Made by a program: the position numbers and the translations under genes. Positions 1 through 8,000 of a stretch of 57,111 nt of DNA are shown here, piece by piece. Source of the DNA: Kiritimatiellia bacterium (GTDB taxonomy: Bacteria; Verrucomicrobiota; Kiritimatiellia; RFP12; UBA1067); the NCBI GenBank assembly GCA_017650345.1, contig JAGCFB010000070.1, forward strand, positions 1 to 57,111. Direction: 5' to 3'. The notes under the pieces were generated by a model, which had not been told where the DNA came from, did not search any database, and saw only the letters and a list, made by a program, of their open reading frames with translations. The number at the start of each line of letters is the position of its first letter. Positions within the stretch are counted from its first letter, which is position 1.

Positions 1-335
1 CAGCTTTCCCCACGCGAGTGGGGATGTTCCGTGAGGCCGCGCTTTTCTTCGTCGGTGGGGTTCGCTTTCCCCACGCGAGTGGGGATGTTCCGGACATGAC
101 CTGCCGTGGCTTCCAATACAAGAAGCTTTCCCCACGCGAGTGGGGATGTTCCGGGCGGCGCGAATCATCTGCCTGTTGGCGACGAGCTTTCCCCACGCGA
201 GTGGGGATGTTCCTCGAAGGCGGCGGCGGTGGTGGCGGCATACCCAGCTTTCCCCACGCGAGTGGGGATGTTCCGAGACGCCGCGATCACTCGCGCGAAC
301 AGGACAGCTTTCCCCACGCGAGTGGGACCGCCGTT
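1..335 (+). CRISPR. Leader-distal end of a CRISPR array with a type I-E-like 29-nt repeat: 5 intact repeats, 5 spacers, 1 degenerate terminal repeat
   Basis: GCTTTCCCCACGCGAGTGGGGATGTTCC(G) occurs at 3-31, 64-92, 125-153, 186-214 and 247-275 with a 61-nt period (29 repeat + 32 spacer). Its core is palindromic (CCCCAC GCGA GTGGGG). The sixth copy (307-335) matches only its first 20 nt, as expected for a decayed terminal repeat. Layout and orientation resemble the E. coli I-E repeat GTGTTCCCCGCGCCAGCGGGGATAAACCG, so transcription runs left to right and the leader and cas genes would lie left of the window. Confidence 0.93.
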
Positions 336-390
336 ATTTTTTACTCCCCCGGTTGTGCAGCCGGTCCTTGTTGCGCTGCCGTGCCTTTTG

Positions 391-460
391 TTTTTGCTAT
401 AATGCAGGAGATGGGAATGACCGATGGACAGAATGCCGCAAAGTGCAGAAGGGGTGTGGC
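391..460 (+). promoter_or_regulatory. Promoter + 5'-leader module, copy A (extended -10 TGCTATAAT at 395-403, ATG immediately after at 461)
   Basis: The 70-nt segment aligns without gaps to 2024-2093, with 59/70 identical positions by my hand alignment. It contains TGnTATAAT and a purine-rich GAAGGGG box shortly before an ATG. Confidence 0.55.
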
Positions 461-671
461 ATGTCGGTGCTTTTTGGCGCTGAGAAAAATCAGCACGGGA
501 AATCGGGGGAATGTGGTATCATAGGTCTGCCATTGCAGCCAGGCCACGACGGCGGCTGCGGCAAGGCTGAACAAAACGATGAAAATAGATGGATTGTCTG
601 GGCGCTCGCCCAACCGACAGAACCTTCACCATGGTTCTGCTGGCGCGGCGCCGGCTGAGCCAAAAAACAAG

Positions 672-2060
672 ATGCTGCAGCGCTGCCAGGGCTGGGACTA
701 CAAGGCACCTTGCATCTACTCGATAACGATTGCCATCGCAGAGCGGCGGTCGATGGCTTTAGGGCGGCTTGTCATCGACAACGACGGCGGCGGCGATCCG
801 GCGAAGGTGGCGGCCCATGTAGAGCAGACGGCGGCGGGGCGGGCGGTAGATGCCGAGTGGCGGCGCATGGGCGATTTCACGCCAGCGATAAGGCCGCTCG
901 CGATCCAGATAATGCCAGACCACATCCACATCATCTTGCGCGTGACCGAGCGGCTTGCTCGCCCGCTCGGCCAGATAATCGCCGGCTTCAAGACCGGAAG
1001 CTCCAAGGCCGCGACCGGAAAGCCCGGCTTCTGGAGCGAGGGGTTTCAGGATACGATCCTGTTTCGCGAGGGCCAGCTCGAGAAGATGTTCAGATATGTG
1101 AGAGACAACCCGCGGCGGCTGGCGGTCAAGCGGCTATACCGCAAGTTCTTCACGGTAAGGCGCGACCTGGCGGTAGAGGTTGCGCTTACGCCCGCCCCGG
1201 TCGTCGCCGTTGGCGACGAGGTTGCGCTTACGCGCAACCAACAGAACAATAGCGGTGGTTTTGCTGGCGGTGGTTCTGTTGCCTCGGCGGCAGCCGGGGC
1301 TTGCCCCCGGCGGGGGCCGCTGCTTCACTTTCAGGCGATTGGCAACGAGGCGCTTTTGAAGGCGCCGGCGATCTTCCAGATACAGTGCTCGCGCAGCCAC
1401 CTCGCCTACCGGCGCGTGGCGAAGCCGGGCGGCGGGTTCAAGATCGCGCGCGACGGGAGCGGGCTGCCGATAATCGAGACCGAGACTTGCGAGTTTAGAG
1501 AGAAGCTTGCGGTGCTGCTTGCGATGGCCGCGAAGGGCGCGGTCTTGGTGTCGCCCTGCATCTCAGACGGCGAGCGCGAGATCGCCCGCAGCGCGATGGA
1601 TGCGGGCGCGAAGCTGATAACGCTCTCAAACAAGGGCTTCTCAAAGCTCTTCAAGCCGGGCGGCAAGGCCTTCGAGAGCGCGAGCGAAGGGCGGCTCCTG
1701 ATGCTGGCCCCCGCCGCCTGGCCCTACCAGCCCGGCGAGAAGAGGATGACGCGCCTCGACGCCTGCACGCTCAACCGCATAGCCCAGCTTATCGCGGGCG
1801 ATGGCGCGGCGGAGGTAAACTATCGCGGCATGAAGCCGGTCGATATTGCAGGCCGCGTTGCCGCCGCCTGCAAGGTTGGGCTTATGCCCGCCCCGGTCGT
1901 CGCCGTTGGCGACGAGGTTGCGCTTACGCGCAACCAACAGAACAATAGCGGTGGTTTTGCTGGCGGTGGTTCTGTTGCCTCGGCGGCAGCCGAGGCGGCG
2001 CCTTGCAGCCGCGCAGGAGCGGTTTTTTGCTATAATGTAGGAAATGGGAAAGACCTATAG
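672..2060 (+). CDS. HUH/Y1 transposase-like (IS200/RAYT-type) N-terminal domain fused to a DprA/SLOG-like C-terminal domain; alternative start ATG 579
   Basis: HUH motif MPDHIHIIL lies at 912-938 (His-Ile-His at 921-929). The catalytic-Tyr helix FRYVRDNPRR has its Tyr codon at 1095-1097. The N-terminal WDYKAPCIYSITIAIAERR strand is typical of the COG1943/PF01797 family. The C-terminal part (about 1300-1880) reads GAVLVSPCISDGEREIARSAMDAGAKLITL...GRLLMLAP...LNRIAQLIAG, which resembles the DprA Rossmann core (SGxAxGID..AH..AL..GG..I.VL ... RNRIIAGL). The single open frame ends at TAG 2058-2060. Confidence 0.6.
   Translation: MLQRCQGWDYKAPCIYSITIAIAERRSMALGRLVIDNDGGGDPAKVAAHVEQTAAGRAVDAEWRRMGDFTPAIRPLAIQIMPDHIHIILRVTERLARPLGQIIAGFKTGSSKAATGKPGFWSEGFQDTILFREGQLEKMFRYVRDNPRRLAVKRLYRKFFTVRRDLAVEVALTPAPVVAVGDEVALTRNQQNNSGGFAGGGSVASAAAGACPRRGPLLHFQAIGNEALLKAPAIFQIQCSRSHLAYRRVAKPGGGFKIARDGSGLPIIETETCEFREKLAVLLAMAAKGAVLVSPCISDGEREIARSAMDAGAKLITLSNKGFSKLFKPGGKAFESASEGRLLMLAPAAWPYQPGEKRMTRLDACTLNRIAQLIAGDGAAEVNYRGMKPVDIAGRVAAACKVGLMPAPVVAVGDEVALTRNQQNNSGGFAGGGSVASAAAEAAPCSRAGAVFCYNVGNGKDL
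1177..1296 (+). repeat. Structured ~106-120-nt element, copy A (three consecutive stem-loops), embedded in frame in the Y1/DprA-like ORF
   Basis: 1191-1296 is identical base for base to 1887-1992. Hairpins are TCGTCGCC-gtt-GGCGACGA (1201-1219), GGTTGCGC-ttac-GCGCAACC (1220-1239) and CAACAGAAC...GTTCTGTTG (1239-1281). An extra half-site GGTTGCGCTTACG lies at 1178-1190. Confidence 0.9.
1873..1992 (+). repeat. Structured ~106-120-nt element, copy B, same orientation and same reading frame as copy A
   Basis: 1887-1992 equals 1191-1296 exactly. The offset is 696 nt (a multiple of 3), so both copies encode PAPVVAVGDEVALTRNQQNNSGGFAGGGSVASAAA. The upstream flank GGTTGGGCTTATG is a diverged version of copy A's GGTTGCGCTTACG. 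Confidence 0.9.
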
Positions 2061-2093
2061 ACAGAAGGCCGCAAGGCCTGGAAGGGGTGTGGC
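2024..2093 (+). promoter_or_regulatory. Promoter + 5'-leader module, copy B (extended -10 TGCTATAAT at 2028-2036), driving the gene at 2097
   Basis: Gap-free 70-nt alignment with 391-460. It contains a 5-bp stem AGGCC/GGCCT closed by a GCAA tetraloop (about 2066-2079) and GGAAGGGG about 10 nt before ATG 2097. The stop codon of the upstream ORF (2058-2060) lies inside this module. Confidence 0.6.
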
Positions 2094-2096
2094 GCG

Positions 2097-3548
2097 ATGA
2101 CGGCGGCGGCCATCGTCGCGGCGACGGCGCTCGAGCTCTTCTTCGCGGAGCCCGCTCCGCTGGAGATGCCGTCCGCCGAGGCGTACCTTGTGCGTATGAA
2201 CGGAGTGTCGCGCCTCGAGGACCGCTACGACGCGCTCGACCTGTGGACCTCTCAGTCCGTCATCGGACGCTGGATCGACGACGAGGGGCGCGTCTTCACG
2301 CTCGCTAGCCTGGACTACGCCCCGCCATCGTCCGCCGCGACGCGCCGCACGACGCGCGAGGGGTACGCCGCGACGCGCAAGCGCATCGGACCCAAGGACC
2401 TCGACGCGCGCGACGCCGCCGTGGCGCTGCTCTCCCCGTTCGACATGCCGGACGAGCCGTCCGCCTCCCACGTCGGGCTCAACGGCTGGAAGATACTCTA
2501 CTACCACGGAACCAACACCACCGCCGTCTCGTGCGCGTTCCTCCCGAAGGGCCGCGACACCTGGCACTTCGCGTCCTGGGAGCTCGCCGAGGGCGACGAC
2601 TTCGCCGTCGCGCTGGAGAGGTTCGAGTCGGACTTCCTCGCCGACTGGGACGCGGCGGTCGAGCGACACATCCCGACCGAGCGCGGCGCGGCGCAGGCCG
2701 AGAAGGCGCGCAGGCGCGGCGACGCCGATCCGCCGCTCCCCGGCGAGCGCGAGCTCCTGCGCGCCGACGCGCGCCACAGCGTCGCCAACTATCCGCGCTG
2801 GAACGTGACGGACGGACGCGAGTTCTCCGTCCTCGACGACCTCCGCGACACGAGCGGATTCGTCGTCGCCTTCACCAACGACCTCTCCGCCGTCCGCGCG
2901 CGCTACGCGTCCGTCCTGCCTAGCCCCATCGACGGAACCAACACCCTCTGCGTCGCGCGCATATTCCGCGACCGCGCCGAATACGCCGCCGCGCTCGGCG
3001 TGAACGGACGCGACGACATGGAGTGGAGCGCGGCCTACTGGAACCCGTCGCGCCGCGAGATCGTCGCCTACCTGCCGCCCGAGGGCGAGCGCGAGCTGCT
3101 GCGGACGCTGCGACACGAGGCCTTCCACCAGTACCTCTCCTACGCCTGCTCGATGATCGCGGCGTCCCCGTGGCTGAACGAGGGCTACGCGCAGTACTTC
3201 GAGGACGAGGAGTCCGCGGACTGGGGCCTCGGCGCGTGGCGTCCCGACCCGAAGGCGCTCGCGCCGCTGCTCCCGCTCGTCTTCGCCATGGACTACCGCG
3301 CCTTCTACTCCGGGACGGACGAGGAGCGCGCGCTCAAGTACAGGCTGGCGTGGTCCGTCGCCGTGTTCATAGAGAAGGGCGCGGACAAGGTGAGGGGGCG
3401 TCCGTTCGCCAACCTCAAGCGCGACTACGTCGCCGCGCTGATACGGACGCAGGACATGCTCAAGGCCACCGCCGCGGCGTTCGGGAGCGAGCGGGCGATG
3501 GATGACTTCGTTGACGAATGGGTGAGGTTCTGGACAGAGGGCCGCTAG
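2097..3548 (+). CDS. Putative MA-clan (gluzincin) zinc metallopeptidase, peptidase_MA_2/DUF1570-like
   Basis: HEAFH lies at 3114-3128, followed 18 residues later by WLNEGYAQY (3171-3197). This matches the HEXXH-X18-E / WLNEGFA active-site signature of M1-type gluzincins. The rest of the protein is not recognisable to me. Confidence 0.6.
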   Translation: MTAAAIVAATALELFFAEPAPLEMPSAEAYLVRMNGVSRLEDRYDALDLWTSQSVIGRWIDDEGRVFTLASLDYAPPSSAATRRTTREGYAATRKRIGPKDLDARDAAVALLSPFDMPDEPSASHVGLNGWKILYYHGTNTTAVSCAFLPKGRDTWHFASWELAEGDDFAVALERFESDFLADWDAAVERHIPTERGAAQAEKARRRGDADPPLPGERELLRADARHSVANYPRWNVTDGREFSVLDDLRDTSGFVVAFTNDLSAVRARYASVLPSPIDGTNTLCVARIFRDRAEYAAALGVNGRDDMEWSAAYWNPSRREIVAYLPPEGERELLRTLRHEAFHQYLSYACSMIAASPWLNEGYAQYFEDEESADWGLGAWRPDPKALAPLLPLVFAMDYRAFYSGTDEERALKYRLAWSVAVFIEKGADKVRGRPFANLKRDYVAALIRTQDMLKATAAAFGSERAMDDFVDEWVRFWTEGR

Positions 3549-4528
3549 ACGGCGGGTACGTCGGACGCCTCGCGCCGAGTCCGACGGGCGCTCTCCACCT
3601 CGGGAACGCGCGCACGTTCATGGTCGCATGGCTCCGCGCCCGTTCGCAGGGCGGCAGGGTCGTCATGCGCATGGAGGACCTCGACCATCCGCGCGACAAG
3701 CCCGGGGCGGCGTCCGCCGCGCTGGAGGACCTTCGCTGGCTCGGCTTCGACTGGGACGAGGAGCACGTCCAGTCCGCCCGCAAGGCGATCTATCGCGAGG
3801 CGCTCGGGTTCCTTCACGCGCGCGGACTCGTCTATCCGTGCGTCTGCAGCCGCCGCGACGTGGAGTCCGCCCAGTCCGCCCCCCACGCCGGCGACCAGCT
3901 CCACTACCCCGGGACGTGCCGCGGACGCTTCGCCGGCTGGAAGGAGGCCTTCGACTTCCTCAACCCCGTCCCGGCGGTCCCGCCGCGCCTTCCATGCTGG
4001 CGGTTCCGGGTCGAGCCCGGCGTGCGCGTCGCGTTCGAGGACGCCTTCGCGGGGCGGTTCGAGGCGGACGTGTCGGAGCGGTTGGGGGATTTTCCGCTTG
4101 CGCGCGACGAGGGCGGCGCGGGCTACACGCTCGCCGCCGTGGTTGACGACCTCCTCATGGGCGTCACGGAAGTGGTGCGCGGCGACGATCTCCTTGCCGC
4201 CACACCGGCGCAGATCCTGGTCGCGCGGGCGCTTTTAGACTGGCTTCCGGAGTCCCGCCGACGCCTTCCGACGTACTGCCACGTTCCGCTTGTGGTGGGG
4301 TCCGACGGACGCCGCCTGGCGAAGCGGCACGGGGACACGCGGATCGCCGCGTTCAGGGAGTCAGGCGCGAGCGCGGAGTCCGTCGTCGGACTCCTTGCGG
4401 CGTCCTGCGGCTGGTGCTCCCCCGGCGAGCGCGTCTCCCTTCGCGCGCTCCTTCCCCGCTTCGACCTCTCCACGATCCCCCGGCGTCCGTTCGTCCTCCG
4501 GGACGCACAAAATATTTTTCCCACATAA
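3518..4528 (+). CDS. gluQ: Glutamyl-Q tRNA(Asp) synthetase (GluQRS/YadB family)
   Basis: GRLAPSPTGALHLGN (HIGH-type motif), RMEDLDHPRD, YPCVCSRRD...YPGTCR and AAVVDDLLMGVTEVVRGDDL align well with E. coli YadB as I remember it. The protein is about 336 aa and lacks an anticodon-binding domain. It overlaps the upstream gene by 31 nt, so the start is uncertain. Confidence 0.8.
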   Translation: MGEVLDRGPLDGGYVGRLAPSPTGALHLGNARTFMVAWLRARSQGGRVVMRMEDLDHPRDKPGAASAALEDLRWLGFDWDEEHVQSARKAIYREALGFLHARGLVYPCVCSRRDVESAQSAPHAGDQLHYPGTCRGRFAGWKEAFDFLNPVPAVPPRLPCWRFRVEPGVRVAFEDAFAGRFEADVSERLGDFPLARDEGGAGYTLAAVVDDLLMGVTEVVRGDDLLAATPAQILVARALLDWLPESRRRLPTYCHVPLVVGSDGRRLAKRHGDTRIAAFRESGASAESVVGLLAASCGWCSPGERVSLRALLPRFDLSTIPRRPFVLRDAQNIFPT

Positions 4529-4539
4529 CGCGAACATTA

Positions 4540-4548
4540 TGCTATAAT
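4540..4548 (+). promoter_or_regulatory. Extended -10 promoter element TGCTATAAT upstream of the 21-kb giant-protein operon
   Basis: Exact TGnTATAAT sits in an AT-rich island between gluQ (stop at 4528) and the lipoprotein gene (ATG at 4606/4615). Confidence 0.55.
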
Positions 4549-4605
4549 GCGACAAGTGACTAATAAGCCGACAAGGCGGGAGACTACCCTGAAAACCAGT
4601 GGGGA

Positions 4606-5055
4606 ATGCAAAAAATGCTTGAAAAAGCAGTGAACTGGCACCGGAAACGCCGATGCGAGTGCGTTGTCGCGGCAATCCTAGCGATTGCCGTGTGCGGCTG
4701 CACCGACGACTCGGACGCATCCGCGCAGGCTGCCGCAGAGCCGCGGCAGGAGGTCGTCGTGCCTCCGCGCCACGAGGATCCGGAGTACAACGCCCGCCTC
4801 CAGGAGAGCGTCTCCGAGCGCCGCGCGCTCATGTCGGAGATGGAGAAGGTCCGCGCCGAATACGAGGCCGCCAAGGAGTCTGACCCCGAGGGTGAGCGCG
4901 TCAAGGAGCTGTCCGCGAAGATGGACGAGTGCGACGCGAAGCTCAAGGACCAGCGCGCGCGCGCGACGGCGCTCGTCCGCGGCAGGATCTGGAAGGAGTT
5001 TCACGACAAGGACAAGGCCCGCGAGGCCGCACAAGAAGCGGGAGCCGAGAAATGA
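4606..5055 (+). CDS. Small coiled-coil lipoprotein (module 1); alternative start 4615
   Basis: Signal peptide with lipobox AIAVCGC. The remainder is charged and helical (SERRALMSEMEKVRAEYEAAKESDPEGERVKEL...). It is a paralogue-like match to the 13241 lipoprotein. Its stop overlaps the next start (ATGA at 5052-5055). Confidence 0.7.
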   Translation: MQKMLEKAVNWHRKRRCECVVAAILAIAVCGCTDDSDASAQAAAEPRQEVVVPPRHEDPEYNARLQESVSERRALMSEMEKVRAEYEAAKESDPEGERVKELSAKMDECDAKLKDQRARATALVRGRIWKEFHDKDKAREAAQEAGAEK

Positions 5056-8000
5056 GCTTGATGAAACGCGCATTGGCCGCCCTTGCGGCGGCATTCCTGG
5101 CGACTGCCGCCGAGGCCGCGGCCTTCAGGTACTTCGTTGACCTGGACATCGCCGGATACGAAGGCAAGGAGGAGCTTTCGGGCTTCCCCCTCCTGGTGCG
5201 CGTTTCCGAGGCCGCCGTCCCCGGCTTCAGGTATGCCGACGTTACCGCCCACGGCGGGGCGGGGGCGGTCCGCTTCTTCACGGAGGACGGCGAGCAGCTT
5301 CCCAGCGAGTGCGAGTACTGGAACACGTCCGGCGAGTCGATCTTCTGGGTGCGCCTCCCATCCCTGACCCCGATCGGGACCAAGATCCGCATGAAATGGT
5401 GGTTCTACGGCGGCGGGACGCTCGAGGATTCCGATTCGGCGGGCGTCTGGAGCGACTTCATCGGCGTCTGGCACATGGGCGACAGCGTGGACGCCACGGA
5501 GGCCTTGAACGGCAAGGTGGCCAGGGACTCCACCGCGCACGGACTGGACGCCGTGCCGCAGAGGGGCGCGAACGGCAACCTCTCCCTCATGGTGTCGAAG
5601 GACGGACCTGTCGGCCTCGCGCGCGTCAACCAGAGCAACAACCAGCTCAAGGGCAACCAGTTCGTCGTCCCCTACGACCGCGTCATGGACGTCGGGTCGA
5701 GCTTCACGCTTTCAATGTGGCTTTCCTTCACCGGATACGACACGGCCTCGCCGTGCATCGTGAGCACGAAGAGGAACAAGGCCAGCTCCGAGGTCACTGA
5801 AGAGGACACGCCCGGCTGGGCGGTCTCCCTGCGCAAGAGCAACTACTGGAACCAGCTCCAGCTCCGCGGCAGCGGCGACCTCGCGCCATACGTGACGGTC
5901 AGCGACTCGCCGGTCAGGAACCGCGGCTTCCTGCGCTACGACCTCGTTTACAGCGGCAGCAGGGTCCTCGTGTACGTCAACGGCGAGAAGGCGGGCGAGG
6001 AGACGGTCAACGCCGTCGCGAGCAGCGGCGCGCCCCTCAGGTTCGGCAACAATACCAACGAAACTTGCAGCGTAAACGGCATTTATGACGAAATACGCTA
6101 CAGCAAGGGGGCGATGTCGGCGGACTGGATCGCGGCGGACTACGCCCAGCAGAAGGCCGGCGGCGGGTACGTCTCGTTCGGGACGCTCTGCGCCGGCGAG
6201 AGCCTCTTCTGGTCCGAGGATCCCAGCATCACGCCTTCCGTCTGGCATCCCGGCGAGGCGGCGACCGTGCAGGTCCGCGCGCGCGCGCTGTCCGACGGCG
6301 ACGACGTGCCTTGGCGCCTGAAGTTCACCAACCTCGTCACGGGCGAGACGTCGGACAAGGTGCCGGACGCGATCGGCAGCTACGAGGCGCTGTTCTACGT
6401 GCCGCGCTCTTCGCTCGAAAGGAGCATCCACGTCGATGTCATCAACGAGACGCCGGTCGCCGTGACCGGAAGCGACCGCGTGCTGGTGTTCAGCAGGGAC
6501 GTCGAGACCGTCCCCGAGGCGCCGGTCGAGGACGACCAGACCTGCGGCAACGTCAATCCCGCCAACTCCGTTTACTGGAAGTACCTGAACGACGACGAGC
6601 CCGGCGAGGGCTCGCAGCCGCTCCTCCAGCCCGGAACCGTCTTCGAGCTTTGGACGGGCGAGGCTGCCGGCGAGGACGCCGGAAGGAGGCTCTGGCGCTT
6701 CGAGCAGTGCCGTCTGGGCAACACCTTCAACAACAAGGCGAACACCGGCGCCGTTGACGGGGAGCAGAACTACCTGCCCGTCTCCACCAAGGCGTCGCGC
6801 TTCAACGCGGCGGACAGGACCGCGAGCCAGTACCGCCACGGCGGCACCGTCATGCTGCGGAACACGAAGTCCGCCGGCGTGTACTCCCCCTGCTACGAGG
6901 ACGGCATCGGGACGATCTACTTCGACGCGGTCAACGGCTGGGTCGCCTATCCCAACAACATCGTCGTCGAGGTCTGCACCGGCGTGAAGCCCCTCAACGC
7001 GGAGGGCAACGGCGTCGTGGGCAACATCCCGGAGACGGACGACGATGGCGTCAACCTGCCCCCGACTGACGGAAACTGCGGCTATACGGACGAGGACGGC
7101 ATAGAACATCCGTTCGGACGCTGCATCTGGACGCAGGTCGCCGTCCACCGCTACGTGGTCTCCGGCGGGGCCATCGACACCTACCTGTCCGGCGACATCG
7201 AGGCGGACGACGCGGACGGCATCCCGCTCGACTGCACGGTCGGCGGCGCGACGGACAACTGGTTCCGCATCCGCGCAGGGGCGCTCAACATCCGCGTCCC
7301 CGCCCGCTTCCGCATCCGCAGGCTCGACAGCGGGTCCAACTACTACGACGCGTCCACCGAGGCGTCCGTCCTCGACGGCGAAGGTCTCGTGATCCTCGAC
7401 AACCTGATCTGCACCATGCCCGCCGCGACCATCGGACTCAGCCAGTTCGGCGCGTACAGGAACGACACCGATCCCGGCAAGGACGACCAGTCCAGGCGCG
7501 CGCTCGGACAGGTCGGCGCGTTCAGCGTCGCCTTCCCGAGCTGGAGCGAGACGAACCTCGTCGGACGCGCCAAGGCGACCTACGAAGGGTACACGAACAT
7601 CGTATCCAACGTCGAAGGACTCGACATCGGCGACGGGTCGGGCATGGTCACGACCATGCGCATGGACTGGCGCTGGCGCCGCCTCGACCAGTCCTTCAGC
7701 CAGTGGGAGGCGATCTACATGCGTCCGAAGGAGGGACTGCCGGAGGTCTGGGAGACGCTGAAGCCGCTGAAGATCACGGACGACGACGGCGAGCCGCTCT
7801 ACGGCGAGGGCGACATCGAGTACCGCGTCCAGGCCATCGTTGACGGACCGTTCGGCGTGTTCGCCGACTATACGGACCTCGCCGTCGGCGTCGGCGGGTA
7901 CTCCGAGCGCATCGGCACCGTGGACTGCGAGAACGGCGGATCCTACAACACGCTCGTCGGCACCTGCGGCATCGTCAAGGACTCCACGTTCGTGCGCCTG

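Noticed and set aside
153-185. Spacer 3 shares GTTGGCGACGA(G) with the hairpin element at 1209-1220/1905-1916, raising the idea of self-targeting
   Set aside because: The shared stretch is only 11 nt of spacer plus one repeat base. A match of that length is expected by chance when five spacers are compared with 114 kb of two-strand sequence.
461-658. 66-codon ORF directly after leader copy A, and the 90-aa minus-strand ORF 341-613
   Set aside because: There are no recognisable motifs or RBS support beyond the leader similarity. I cannot distinguish a real small protein from non-coding DNA by eye.
4530-4605. Third copy of the 70-nt leader module upstream of the lipoprotein gene
   Set aside because: Only TGCTATAATGC and a loose GCCG(A)CAAGG box are shared, and their spacing differs. 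This is not enough for homology.
4929-5051. 5' extension of the giant ORF in the track (start 4929). Similar extensions are 27342 for kpsF, 50973 for the batA-like gene, 31495 for the PilO-like gene and 13220 for lipoprotein 2.
   Set aside because: The extensions overlap the preceding genes. Internal ATG codons give proper signal peptides or N-termini and ATGA/SD contexts.
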